DNA of 64,000 nt, from the NCBI GenBank assembly GCA_964422025.1, contig CAYQYZ010000001.1, forward strand, positions 77,410-141,409. Direction: 5' to 3'. Below are positions 1-9,269 of this stretch, in pieces. Below the pieces are notes generated by a model. That model made no database searches and had not been told where the DNA came from. It saw only the letters and a program-made list of their open reading frames with translations. The translations under genes and the position numbers were made by a program. Position 1 is the stretch's first letter. Each line of letters starts with the position of its first letter. Source of the DNA: an uncultured Gammaproteobacteria bacterium. Lineage in GTDB: Bacteria > Patescibacteriota > Microgenomatia > UBA1406 > HO2-37-13b.

Positions 1-1
1 G

Positions 2-1063
2 AAGATATCGAATGCTCTTGTTAGTGTAGGTGGACCTCATATTGAATCGCTCAACTCTCATGGCGTTGTTGCGGTTGCACAGCCTGAAGTTGAAATTTCT
101 CAGGAGGATATTGACCGAGTTGTTGATGCAGCAAAGGCTATTTCTATTTCTTCAACGCGCGAAGTTATTGAAGTCGTACCCCGAGAATTTATTGTTGATG
201 GCCAAGGCGGCATAAAAAATCCTATTGGTATGAGCGGCGTGCGTTTAGAGGTTAATACGCATATAATCACCGCCAGTTTAACAAATTTACGAAATATCGA
301 TCGATGTTTGTCTGATTTGGGAGTCGATAATCAGGTTTCAATTTTTTCAGGTCTTAGCTCATCACTCGCGACCCTTTCAGACACCGAAAAAGAACTGGGT
401 GTAGTGTGTGTTGATATTGGCGGAGGCAAAACTGATATTTGTGTCTATGTAGAAGGTGCCCTGTCATATTCATCCTCAATTCCTATTGGAGCCCGTCATT
501 TAACAAACGATATCGCTGTGGGTCTACGAGTTTCACTCGACTCTGCCGAACAAATTAAGATGTATTTATCAAAACCGCACAAAGACCCTGTTTCTCATAC
601 CCGTGCTGATGATGAAATTAGCATTGCAAGCCTTAATTTGCCGGAAGGATTAACGAAAGTATCTCGTAAAACAGTTGTTGAAGGTATTATTCGTCCGCGA
701 CTCGAGGAAATATTCGCGTATGTTTTAAAGCAAATCGAAAAAAGTGGATTTATTACTGCCGTACCATCGGGACTTGTTGTAGTCGGTGGGGGAGCGTTGA
801 CTGTTGGAGTGCTTGAGAGTGCTCGCCGGTCGGTCGGACTTCCGGCTCGCCTGGGTACACCACAATTTGTAACCGGACTTGTAGATGAGGTTCTATTTCC
901 TCAATATGCAACAGTCGTAGGGCTGCTTTTATACAGGAGTGGAAACGATACGCAAGAAGGCCAAAAAATTTCAATGAAGAGTTTCGATAAGATGTTTAAG
1001 AATATATCGTTAGGGGGATCTGTTAAGAAAATACAAAACATGGTAAAGTCGTTTATGCCATGA
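2..1063 (+). CDS. ftsA: Cell division protein FtsA, N-terminus cut by the window edge
   Basis: Frame is open from nt 2; the listed ORF 230..1063 is only its distal part. Actin-like ATPase motifs [11 protein letters not shown] and LVVVGGGA. Lies directly upstream of ftsZ. Confidence 0.85.
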   Translation, partial: KISNALVSVGGPHIESLNSHGVVAVAQPEVEISQEDIDRVVDAAKAISISSTREVIEVVPREFIVDGQGGIKNPIGMSGVRLEVNTHIITASLTNLRNIDRCLSDLGVDNQVSIFSGLSSSLATLSDTEKELGVVCVDIGGGKTDICVYVEGALSYSSSIPIGARHLTNDIAVGLRVSLDSAEQIKMYLSKPHKDPVSHTRADDEISIASLNLPEGLTKVSRKTVVEGIIRPRLEEIFAYVLKQIEKSGFITAVPSGLVVVGGGALTVGVLESARRSVGLPARLGTPQFVTGLVDEVLFPQYATVVGLLLYRSGNDTQEGQKISMKSFDKMFKNISLGGSVKKIQNMVKSFMP

Positions 1064-1079
1064 TATACTAACCAAAACT

Positions 1080-2237
1080 ATGCTTATTAAACCCAATGCA
1101 GGACAGCCAGCAAAAATTAAAGTCGTAGGCATTGGTGGTGGGGGTGGAAATGCGCTTGCTACCATGATTGCTCAAGAAGACATTCAGGGTGTCGAATTTA
1201 TTGTCATGAATACCGATGCGCAAGCACTTCTTGCCCACAGCGCTGATACAAAAATCCAAATTGGCGACAATCTTACCAAAGGATTAGGATCCGGTGGAAA
1301 TCCTGACGTAGGACAGCGTGCAGCTGAAGAATCTCGTGAAAAAATTAAAGAAGCCCTTGATGGTGCAGATATGGTCTTTATTGCCGCCGGAGAAGGCGGA
1401 GGAACAGGCACAGGAGCCGCTCCTATTGTCGCAGAGGTTAGTCGTGAGACAGGCGCATTAACCGTAGCTGTTGTCACCAAGCCATTCTCATTCGAAGGAA
1501 ATCGTCGAAAAATAACTGCCCAAGATGGGATTGATAGACTTCGCGATAAAGTAGATACTCTTATTGTCATTCCAAATCAAAAAGTTCTCGAGATCATTGA
1601 TACAAAAGTAAGTATGATCGATGCGTTCAAAAAGGTTGATTCAGTGCTCCATCAGGGAGTTAAGGGAATTGCAGAACTCATTACGGTTCCAGGGCTTATT
1701 AATGTTGACTTTGCCGACGTTCGATCGATCATGAAAGACGCTGGAACGGCACTTATGGGTATTGGTGTAGGTAGCGGTGAAAAAAGAGTTCAAAGCGCAG
1801 TAAAACAGGCCATTTCTTCTCCATTGCTTGAGGCCTCCATTCAAGGAGCTAAAGGTGTTCTGTTTAATGTAATCGGAGGCCCTGATCTTTCAATGGCCGA
1901 AGTCGATGAAGCTGCCTCGATTCTGCAAAAAACAGTTGACCCTGATGCGGAAATTATTTTCGGAGCCGTTATTCAAGAAAAAATGGCAGGAGACGTAAAA
2001 ATAATTGTTATTGCTACTAAATTCGATGAACAACGCCTCCATTTTGCCAATCAATATGCTGGAATGTACGATGAGAACGATGAGGATAAAGCTTCAGGCG
2101 ATAACGATGAAAAGCCGCCTCTCTCATCTGCGCGTACAGACGATGAAGAACTTCCAAAACCTCGTCCGGTTCAATCAAACGTTGCCGACATGGACGACGA
2201 CGAATTCGATATCCCAACATTCTTACGAAAAAAGTAA
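1080..2237 (+). CDS. ftsZ: Cell division GTPase FtsZ
   Basis: Tubulin signature [26 protein letters not shown], and the C-terminal DIPTFLRKK peptide. Confidence 0.97.
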   Translation: MLIKPNAGQPAKIKVVGIGGGGGNALATMIAQEDIQGVEFIVMNTDAQALLAHSADTKIQIGDNLTKGLGSGGNPDVGQRAAEESREKIKEALDGADMVFIAAGEGGGTGTGAAPIVAEVSRETGALTVAVVTKPFSFEGNRRKITAQDGIDRLRDKVDTLIVIPNQKVLEIIDTKVSMIDAFKKVDSVLHQGVKGIAELITVPGLINVDFADVRSIMKDAGTALMGIGVGSGEKRVQSAVKQAISSPLLEASIQGAKGVLFNVIGGPDLSMAEVDEAASILQKTVDPDAEIIFGAVIQEKMAGDVKIIVIATKFDEQRLHFANQYAGMYDENDEDKASGDNDEKPPLSSARTDDEELPKPRPVQSNVADMDDDEFDIPTFLRKK

Positions 2238-2238
2238 T

Positions 2239-2991
2239 ATGCGTTTCAAATTTATTCAGCTAAATCTGTGGTTTAGCGGAAAGTTACTTGATAATGCAAT
2301 TGAGTTTTTAAATAAAGAGCGTCCCGACATTCTTGCTTTGCAAGAGGTATATTGGCCCCAAGCTAACAGGTCCGAGAACCGCTTTAATTCATTGCAAATT
2401 CTTAAAAAAGAACTTGGCTTAGATCACGTGGATTTTGCACCTTCATTTTTAGATGTCGGAGTAGAAGATTCATTATGGGGACTGGCAGTAATGTCAAAAT
2501 ATCCACTTATTAAGTCGCAATCTACCTATATTAACGGAAGTTTCCATGCATATGTGCGCGATAAATTGGCTGATTTTGGTGACTTGCCTCGTAATCTGCA
2601 ACATTCGACAATCGAGATTAATAATGCTCCTCTTCATATTTTGAATATGCACGGCATCTGGGGGTTTGATGAAAATGACAATGAACGCCGTCTTGAAATG
2701 GCAGACCGTATTATTGCTCAAATTCCGTTTAATGAACCTACAATTCTGTGTGGCGATTTAAATGTAGGACAGCACACGAAAACAATTGCTAAGTTAGAGC
2801 GACGGCTACGAAATGTTTTTAAAGGAGAACTTACTACGTCCTTTAATACGAATGTTAAGAAAGGTGGGGGGTTTGCTACATCAGTGGTTGACTTTGTATT
2901 TGTTAGTAATCATCTAAGAATTTTAAATCATACAGCCCCCCTTGTCGATGTATCTGACCACCTCCCACTGGTTTGCGAATTCGAAATATAG
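2239..2991 (+). CDS. Endonuclease/exonuclease/phosphatase (EEP) family protein
   Basis: Motifs ILALQEV, CGDLNV and VSDHLPLV. Start set to ATG 2239 just after the ftsZ stop; the ORF-track start 2005 overlaps ftsZ. Confidence 0.6.
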   Translation: MRFKFIQLNLWFSGKLLDNAIEFLNKERPDILALQEVYWPQANRSENRFNSLQILKKELGLDHVDFAPSFLDVGVEDSLWGLAVMSKYPLIKSQSTYINGSFHAYVRDKLADFGDLPRNLQHSTIEINNAPLHILNMHGIWGFDENDNERRLEMADRIIAQIPFNEPTILCGDLNVGQHTKTIAKLERRLRNVFKGELTTSFNTNVKKGGGFATSVVDFVFVSNHLRILNHTAPLVDVSDHLPLVCEFEI

Positions 2992-3023
2992 TTTGCTATA
3001 ATGGCAGTGTCTTACTACAAGAT

Positions 3024-3395
3024 ATGAAAACTTCAAATAAAGACATTATAAGTGAGCTAACAAAACGAGTAATCGAGTACCGAGATGCCCGCGATTGGAA
3101 GCAGTTTCATTCACCAAAAGATGTGTCAACATCACTCATGTTAGAAGCAGGTGAGGTTGCAGAGCATTTTTTGTGGAAAAACCAGGATGAAATCGAGAAG
3201 CATGTCATTAAAAATAAAAATGCAATTGGCGAAGAATTATCTGACGTATTGTTTTGCGTACTGCTTATGAGTCACGATCTAGATATAGATATAGTTGAAG
3301 CTCTTACTCAAAAGATAAAAAAGAATGAAAAAAACTATCCTGTAAGCAAAACCAAAGGAAGTGCTGCATCTTACGCTAAACGTCATGGAATGTAA
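3024..3395 (+). CDS. MazG-like nucleotide pyrophosphohydrolase (dCTPase-like)
   Basis: RDARDWKQFHSPKD...EAGEVAEHFLWK...ELSDVLF pattern of the all-alpha NTP-PPase fold. Start at the internal ATG 3024, downstream of TGcTATAAT at 2994-3002. Confidence 0.6.
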   Translation: MKTSNKDIISELTKRVIEYRDARDWKQFHSPKDVSTSLMLEAGEVAEHFLWKNQDEIEKHVIKNKNAIGEELSDVLFCVLLMSHDLDIDIVEALTQKIKKNEKNYPVSKTKGSAASYAKRHGM

Positions 3396-3469
3396 CTTAT
3401 TCTTGATTATTCGAATGACTTCCCCCTTTTCTCACTCTTAGTCGCTCCCAATTTGCTATAATTACTCTC

Positions 3470-6253
3470 ATGTTTAAACCTGCACAGCCGAATTTAAATA
3501 TTCCAGAAATGGAAGAGGAAATTCTTTCGTTTTGGAAAGAAAACAATACGTTTGAGAAATCCGTTGAAAATCGACCAACTGATAAATTGTGGAACTTTCT
3601 TGATGGACCTCCGTTCATAACTGGTCTTCCTCATTACGGAACACTTTTGCCAAGTATTGCCAAAGATCTTTTTCCACGATTTTGGACGATGAAAGGATAT
3701 AGAGTTCGTCGGGTATGGGGCTGGGATTGTCATGGATTACCTGCGGAGAACAAAGTTGAGAATAAATTAGGTATTAAAAGAAAAAAAGACATTGAAGAAA
3801 AAATTGGGGTAAAAAAATTCATTGATGAATGCAAGCTGTATGTTAGTGACGTTTCGAGCGAATGGGAATGGTACATCGACCACGTGGCTCGTTGGGTAGA
3901 TTTTAAACACGCCTATAAAACAATGGATCTACCGTATATGGAGAGCGTTATGTGGGTGTTTAAACAAATGTATGAAAAGGATTTGATTTATAAAGGTTTG
4001 CGAGTATCGCTCTATTGCCCTCATTGTTCCACTCCAATTTCAAACTTTGAAGTTGCCATGGATGGAGATAATTATCAAACAGTTACTGAACCGGGAACAG
4101 TGTATAAATATAAGCTTGTCGATGAAGACGCGTATCTCCTCGCTTGGTCGACGACTCCGTGGACAAAGCTTGTAACAACAGCTCTTGCAGTCAATCCAAA
4201 ACTTGAATACTCAAAAGTTTCGCAGAATAATGAAACATACATTTTGGCATCCTCCACGTTGGGAATGATTAAGGGAGAGTACACGGTAGTGGAAAAATTT
4301 ACGGGTGATACATTAATTGATAAAAAATTTGAAGGTCACTATGATTTCTTTGGCCGTGAAGATGGGAAACGATTATTTGAAGTGGTAGGAGCAGATTTTG
4401 TAACCGAAGGCGATGGAACAGGAATCGTTACACTTGCGGCGTACGGAGAAGATGACATGGCCGCCATGAAAGAATTTAATATTCAAGTCGCACTTCATTT
4501 AGACGACGAAGGAAAATTCATTGAAACTGTCCCTCAATGGGCAGGGAAGTATTATTTAGATGTGAATGAGGAGATTGATAAGGATCTTGAGGGTCGAGGA
4601 CTCGTGTATGCAACGGATCCGTATGAGCATACCGTTCCCACCTGTTGGCGTTGTCATACTCGCTTAATTTACGCTCCTCAGAATGCATGGTATGTAAATA
4701 TTCAAAGTCTAAAAAGTCAACTTCTCGAGACAAATGAATCGGTAAACTGGTTTCCAGAACATTTTAAACACGGCCGTTTTGAAAAGAGCCTGCAAGCCGC
4801 ACCCGATTGGTGTATTTCACGAAGTCGCTATTTTGGTTCGCCAGTTCCGGTGTGGGAATGTAAAAATAATCATCGGTTTGTACCTGGCTCGATTGCAGAG
4901 CTTGAAGAACGGTCAGGGACAAAAGTCACGGATCTTCATAAGCCTGTTATTGATGAAGTTGTGGTAAAGTGCGCGGAATGCGATGAGAGTGCTCATCGAG
5001 TTTCGGAAGTTCTTGATAGTTGGATCGAAGCCGGAAGTGCTCCCTACGGCGAACGCCATTATCCATTCGGACAAGAAACTGACTTAGCAAAATTCTTTCC
5101 ACCCGATTTCATTGTTGAATATACTGGCCAAATTAGAGCGTGGTTTTATGTTTTACATGTTATTTCAAATTCATTGTTTGAAACAAATGCATTTAAGAAC
5201 GTTGTTGTGAATGGAGTTATTCTAGGAACCGATGGACGAAAAATGAGTAAAAATTTTGGAAATTATCCTGACCCCAAAGAAATGCTGCAAAAATATGGAG
5301 GAGATGCGCTACGATTATACTTTATGGCTTCTCCGGTTATGCGAGGTGAAGATATTGTCATTTCCGAAGAAGAGTATAAAAATCAAATTCGAGCAACGCT
5401 CCTTCCAATAATCAATATTTACAGTTTTTTTGCAATGTATGCAAATACCACGAATTGGACTCCGTCGGGCAAGCCACTTGATTCTCAGGAATTGCATATT
5501 CTTGATTCATGGATTCTTTCACGGCTCGGGAGCTTAGAAAAAATAATGACAGACTCGTTAAATGCATATGACACTGCAACGGCAATAACCGCATTGAGAG
5601 AGTTCGTTGATGATTGGTCCAAATGGTACATTCGTCGAAGCCGCGACCGAGTAGGGGAAGCGTTTTATGAAACGACGTATTATGTATTGACGAATTTTGC
5701 CAAACTAGTTGCACCGGTAATTCCGTTTACGGCAGAATTTTTGTACAAGCGATTGACGACCGATGAATCGGTGCATTTGCAGGATTGGCCCGACCAGAAT
5801 GCTCAATATATCAACAAAGGACTCGAGAAGAGCATGACATTGGCTCGTTCACTTGTTGAGGAAGGCCATGCGTTCCGTAAGAAAAACGCCCTTAAAGTTC
5901 GAAAGCCGCTCTTGAATATCGTTTTGGAAGCTCGCGCAGATGTGGAGAGTATTCCCGATGCAATTTGGGATGTTGTTCTAGATGAATTGAACATAAAAAA
6001 CATCACTGTTGGAGATTTCAATTATCCAAAAATTCCTGTCGTAGTTTCTCAACAAGAACTTGATGATGAAGAAGCCGTGCGCGATCTTATTCGAACCATT
6101 CAACAAGAGCGAAAAACACTTGGCTTACTTCCTGGTGATAAAATTACTTTAGTTCTTCCTGAATTTCCTAAGAAATTTGAAGATTTAATTGCAAAGAAAG
6201 TACTTGCCACTTCAATCGAAACCGGAGAAAAACTACTAGTCGCCAAAGTTTAG
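3470..6253 (+). CDS. ileS: Isoleucyl-tRNA synthetase (type 2-like, short)
   Basis: GPPFITGLPHYGT (HIGH region), WDCHGLP, the TTPWT editing motif, and KMSKN (KMSKS region). Confidence 0.9.
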   Translation: MFKPAQPNLNIPEMEEEILSFWKENNTFEKSVENRPTDKLWNFLDGPPFITGLPHYGTLLPSIAKDLFPRFWTMKGYRVRRVWGWDCHGLPAENKVENKLGIKRKKDIEEKIGVKKFIDECKLYVSDVSSEWEWYIDHVARWVDFKHAYKTMDLPYMESVMWVFKQMYEKDLIYKGLRVSLYCPHCSTPISNFEVAMDGDNYQTVTEPGTVYKYKLVDEDAYLLAWSTTPWTKLVTTALAVNPKLEYSKVSQNNETYILASSTLGMIKGEYTVVEKFTGDTLIDKKFEGHYDFFGREDGKRLFEVVGADFVTEGDGTGIVTLAAYGEDDMAAMKEFNIQVALHLDDEGKFIETVPQWAGKYYLDVNEEIDKDLEGRGLVYATDPYEHTVPTCWRCHTRLIYAPQNAWYVNIQSLKSQLLETNESVNWFPEHFKHGRFEKSLQAAPDWCISRSRYFGSPVPVWECKNNHRFVPGSIAELEERSGTKVTDLHKPVIDEVVVKCAECDESAHRVSEVLDSWIEAGSAPYGERHYPFGQETDLAKFFPPDFIVEYTGQIRAWFYVLHVISNSLFETNAFKNVVVNGVILGTDGRKMSKNFGNYPDPKEMLQKYGGDALRLYFMASPVMRGEDIVISEEEYKNQIRATLLPIINIYSFFAMYANTTNWTPSGKPLDSQELHILDSWILSRLGSLEKIMTDSLNAYDTATAITALREFVDDWSKWYIRRSRDRVGEAFYETTYYVLTNFAKLVAPVIPFTAEFLYKRLTTDESVHLQDWPDQNAQYINKGLEKSMTLARSLVEEGHAFRKKNALKVRKPLLNIVLEARADVESIPDAIWDVVLDELNIKNITVGDFNYPKIPVVVSQQELDDEEAVRDLIRTIQQERKTLGLLPGDKITLVLPEFPKKFEDLIAKKVLATSIETGEKLLVAKV

Positions 6254-6256
6254 TTC

Positions 6257-7282
6257 ATGAAAAAAAAGCCCGATATTCTTATTATTCTGTCCATCATTGG
6301 CCTGTGTACTTTCTCGCTTTTTAACTTATTTGGAATCTCTCAGACGTTCTTCGTAAGTCAACTTATGTTTATTATTGCTGGCTTTATTGCATTTTTTGTT
6401 ATGAATCGAGTCGGAATCGATATTTTGCGTATAAATGCGTGGATGATGTATGTCGTCTTTATAGTTCTCCTCATTGCGACGTATATTACCGGAGACGTGA
6501 TTCGAGGTTCTCGTCGATGGATAGACTTAGTTGTATTTAACTTTCAGCCATCCGAATTCATGAAGCCGTTTTTTGTAATATTCATGGCTGATTTATTTGC
6601 TAAAAAAAGCTTGTCAACTTCTACGCTTTTAAAAGCAGGGTCTTTGTTTTTTATCATTTTCTTGATTATTTTAAAACAACCCGATTTGGGAAGCGCACTT
6701 CTTTACCTCGGAGTATTTGTTGGTATGATCTTTTTTGCCGGACTCTCATTAGTTTATTTCGTCTCTGGAGCGCTATTTTTTATAGTTTCGAGTCCACTCT
6801 TGTGGAGCACGCTAAAACCCTATCAAAAACAACGTGTATTTAGCTTCATTGACCCAAGTCATGATATTTCCGGCGTTGCATATAATGTAATTCAATCAGT
6901 CATTACCGTAGGTTCAGGGGGACTGGTTGGAAAGGGTCTTGGCTTAGGAACGCAATCACGTTTTTTGTTTCTACCTGAAAACCACACCGACTTTGCATTT
7001 GCATCGCTTGTAGAGCAATTTGGATTTATAGGAGGAGCTGCAATTATTGGTCTGTATTGCGTCCTTCTTTATCGACTCTTGTTGGTTGTACGCGAGCGAA
7101 AAAAAGAGTATTTCTACTATTTATATACTGTCGGCGTTATTCTGTTCATTACCATTTCTGTCATTATTAACGTAGGTATGAACATGGGAATTTTCCCCGT
7201 CACCGGAATTGCGCTTCCATTTGTATCGTATGGAGGCTCATCAATTGTATCGACAATGATCCTTATAGGTTTGGCTCTGTAA
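6257..7282 (+). CDS. SEDS family peptidoglycan polymerase (FtsW/RodA)
   Basis: Multi-pass membrane protein with QPSEFMKP, PDLGSA, NHTDFAFA and LPFVSYGGSS motifs. Confidence 0.85.
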   Translation: MKKKPDILIILSIIGLCTFSLFNLFGISQTFFVSQLMFIIAGFIAFFVMNRVGIDILRINAWMMYVVFIVLLIATYITGDVIRGSRRWIDLVVFNFQPSEFMKPFFVIFMADLFAKKSLSTSTLLKAGSLFFIIFLIILKQPDLGSALLYLGVFVGMIFFAGLSLVYFVSGALFFIVSSPLLWSTLKPYQKQRVFSFIDPSHDISGVAYNVIQSVITVGSGGLVGKGLGLGTQSRFLFLPENHTDFAFASLVEQFGFIGGAAIIGLYCVLLYRLLLVVRERKKEYFYYLYTVGVILFITISVIINVGMNMGIFPVTGIALPFVSYGGSSIVSTMILIGLAL

Positions 7283-7335
7283 GAGCGGCTCAAACTACAG
7301 TTGCGATCAGGCGGTGAATCGATTATAATTACTAC

Positions 7336-7644
7336 ATGAAACTTGCTGTTGTAAAAACTGGTGGAAAACAATACGTGGTCGCTGCGGGCGAAACTATTAT
7401 TGTCGACAATTTAAACGTAGAAGCCGGAAAGTCGGTTGAACTTGATTTATTGGCCCTTCTTGATAATGAAAAGCTAACAGTCGATTTAGGAACACCCTTC
7501 TTGAAAACTAAAGCAAAAGCATCAGTCGTCCAAAATTTAAAAGGCGATAAAATCCGAGTAGCACGATTCAAAGCAAAAACACGATACCGAAAAACACGAG
7601 GATTTCGAGCTCAACTTACTGAATTAAAAGTCGATTCATTCTAA
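7336..7644 (+). CDS. rplU: 50S ribosomal protein L21
   Basis: MKLAVVKTGGKQY start, 102 aa, immediately upstream of rpmA. Confidence 0.9.
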   Translation: MKLAVVKTGGKQYVVAAGETIIVDNLNVEAGKSVELDLLALLDNEKLTVDLGTPFLKTKAKASVVQNLKGDKIRVARFKAKTRYRKTRGFRAQLTELKVDSF

Positions 7645-7652
7645 AATAAACC

Positions 7653-7904
7653 ATGGCACATACAAAATCACAGAAGGCGGCAAAAGGCAATAGAGATAGT
7701 ATTTCCAAGCGTCTTGGGGTTAAATTGTATGGTGGTGAAAAGGTTTCGGTTGGAAATGTAATTGTTCGTCAACGAGGCATGAAATTTTCTGCTGGTGAGA
7801 ATGTAAAACTTGGAAAAGATTTTACTGCTTATGCGATTGCCGATGGAAATGTTGTCTTCAAAAAACGCGCTGGAAAGAAATACGTCGCGGTTGCTTCAAA
7901 ATAA
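7653..7904 (+). CDS. rpmA: 50S ribosomal protein L27
   Basis: MAHTKSQKAAKGNRDS...GNVIVRQRG signature, 83 aa. Confidence 0.93.
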   Translation: MAHTKSQKAAKGNRDSISKRLGVKLYGGEKVSVGNVIVRQRGMKFSAGENVKLGKDFTAYAIADGNVVFKKRAGKKYVAVASK

Positions 7905-7921
7905 TAGCTCTATAATATAGT

Positions 7922-8020
7922 CCGCTCGATATCATGATTCTCAACCATAGTGAGCCCGCCTCAATTTTATACACAATCAAAGTAGCAGTCTCAAATGGTC
8001 TCGAATCAGATATCTCGCGC
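7922..8020 (+). repeat. About 99-nt MITE-like hairpin repeat, copy 1
   Basis: Roughly 90 percent identical to the reverse complement of 60553..60650. Terminal inverted repeats CGCTCGATATC...GATATCTCGCG. Intergenic, after rpmA. Confidence 0.8.
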
Positions 8021-8055
8021 CTTATACTTTGAAAGTATTTATGTATAATAAATAA

Positions 8056-8601
8056 ATGCGAGTAAATGTTGAAGAAATCCTTAAAACAATTCACGAACAA
8101 CCTGATCCTATTGTGCAGGCAGAACTTATCGATAAAGCAGTAAATGCCGGAATTCGCGTGGTGCAAATTGCAAACAAGCTTGATATGTCGTCATCATACG
8201 TAAGTCACCTACGCCGTCTTAAAAAACTCCCACTTCTCATTATCAACGGCTATTACGATAAAACAGTTTCTCTGAGCCACCTTTTTATTCTCTCACGCTT
8301 GGCAACCCAAGAAGAGATGGCATTTGTATACGAAGAAATTCTCACTCAAAACCTTTCAGCTTCTCAAACCGAGCGCCGTGTCTTTGAATTAACTTCTGGA
8401 AAAAAAATCACCGGGAATAAACTTTCCAAAGAATGGTTTACCCAACTAGAGAAAACAATTGCATCTATCGCTCCTTCTATTGACGTCTCAACAATCCAAA
8501 CCCGACGCAAGGGCGAAATTATTATTTCATTCAACGGATCATTGGATCAAACGAGCGGAGTCTTCGAAAAGATTAAGAACCATTTAGAAAAGGATTCGTA
8601 A
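8056..8601 (+). CDS. ParB-like HTH domain protein (no recognisable N-terminal ParB domain)
   Basis: HTH segment VQIANKLDMSSSYVSHLRRLKKLP resembles the ParB/Spo0J DNA-binding region. 181 aa. Confidence 0.4.
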   Translation: MRVNVEEILKTIHEQPDPIVQAELIDKAVNAGIRVVQIANKLDMSSSYVSHLRRLKKLPLLIINGYYDKTVSLSHLFILSRLATQEEMAFVYEEILTQNLSASQTERRVFELTSGKKITGNKLSKEWFTQLEKTIASIAPSIDVSTIQTRRKGEIIISFNGSLDQTSGVFEKIKNHLEKDS

Positions 8602-9139
8602 CGCGTCCCATATTTGAAACAGGGAAATAGCGGTAAATTACCTTACCAATTACATTAGCCTGGGGAATAAATCCGAATTCTCGTGAATCAGAAGAATGTG
8701 TTCGATTGTCGCCTAAAACAAACAAATAGTCTTCAGGAACTGTTACTTCTTCACCTTCGGTCAGAAACCCCGTCTGAAACGTCATGGTGGGCTCACTTAT
8801 GTACGGTTCATCAAGTAGTGCTCCATTGCGATACACACGCTCGTTTTGGACTTTAATGCGATCACCGGGCACACCAATAATACGCTTAACAAAATCAATT
8901 TCACTGTTGCCAAGTGATGCAAACACAATAACATCGCCCGTTTGTGGTTTATCAAGTCTGTACGATACTTTACTGGTAAGAATGTAGTCGTGTGTTTGAA
9001 ACGTTTTCTCCATAGAAGCCCCTTGTACTTGGTTAGGAGCAACGATAAATAGGTAAAAAACAATAAACAATGAACCTACAAAAACCACTGTTTCCAGAAT
9101 ATCCATGACAAAATCGATCAGCCGTTTGACTAGTTGCAT
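8573..9139 (-). CDS. lepB: Signal peptidase I
   Basis: N-terminal TM segment, catalytic Ser box GASMEKTF, Lys box VKRIIGVPGD, and GDNRTHSSDSREFG. Confidence 0.9.
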   Translation of the reverse strand: MQLVKRLIDFVMDILETVVFVGSLFIVFYLFIVAPNQVQGASMEKTFQTHDYILTSKVSYRLDKPQTGDVIVFASLGNSEIDFVKRIIGVPGDRIKVQNERVYRNGALLDEPYISEPTMTFQTGFLTEGEEVTVPEDYLFVLGDNRTHSSDSREFGFIPQANVIGKVIYRYFPVSNMGRVTNPFLNGS

Positions 9140-9191
9140 ACGTATATTTTAGAAGAGTCGTTCATAAAAAACAAGGTATAATATGTTCACA

Positions 9192-9266
9192 GCGCGCATA
9201 GCTCAGTGGTAGAGCACTTCATTCACATTGAAGGGGTCCGTGGTTCAAATCCACGTGCGCGTACCA
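9192..9266 (+). tRNA. tRNA-Val (anticodon CAC), CCA encoded
   Basis: Cloverleaf by hand: acceptor GCGCGCA/TGCGCGT, D arm GCTC-AGTGGTA-GAGC, anticodon arm CTTCA-TTCACAT-TGAAG, T arm CGTGG-TTCAAAT-CCACG. TATAAT at 9177-9182 lies just upstream. Confidence 0.9.
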
Positions 9267-9269
9267 AAG

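Noticed and set aside
30-215. 61-aa ORF at the window start
   Set aside because: It is in a different frame within the ftsA coding region, and the ftsA frame is open from nt 2.
1061-1063. Possibility of an alternative genetic code (UGA reassigned, as in some CPR lineages)
   Set aside because: TGA terminates ftsA (1061-1063) and topA (47171-47173) where homologues normally end. No conserved protein here needs read-through of TGA. The standard code fits.
1184-1570. 128-aa ORF antisense to ftsZ, plus similar long antisense ORFs at 25124..25579 and 55018..55476 and many in the surface-protein genes
   Set aside because: Each overlaps a gene with strong motif support on the other strand. Their Pro/Ser/Ala-rich composition is typical of antisense frames.
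3396-3469. T-box or other riboswitch leaders upstream of ileS, and a Mn riboswitch upstream of mntH at 20403..20473
   Set aside because: The -10 hexamers sit 6-7 nt from the start codons. This leaves no leader long enough for such structures.
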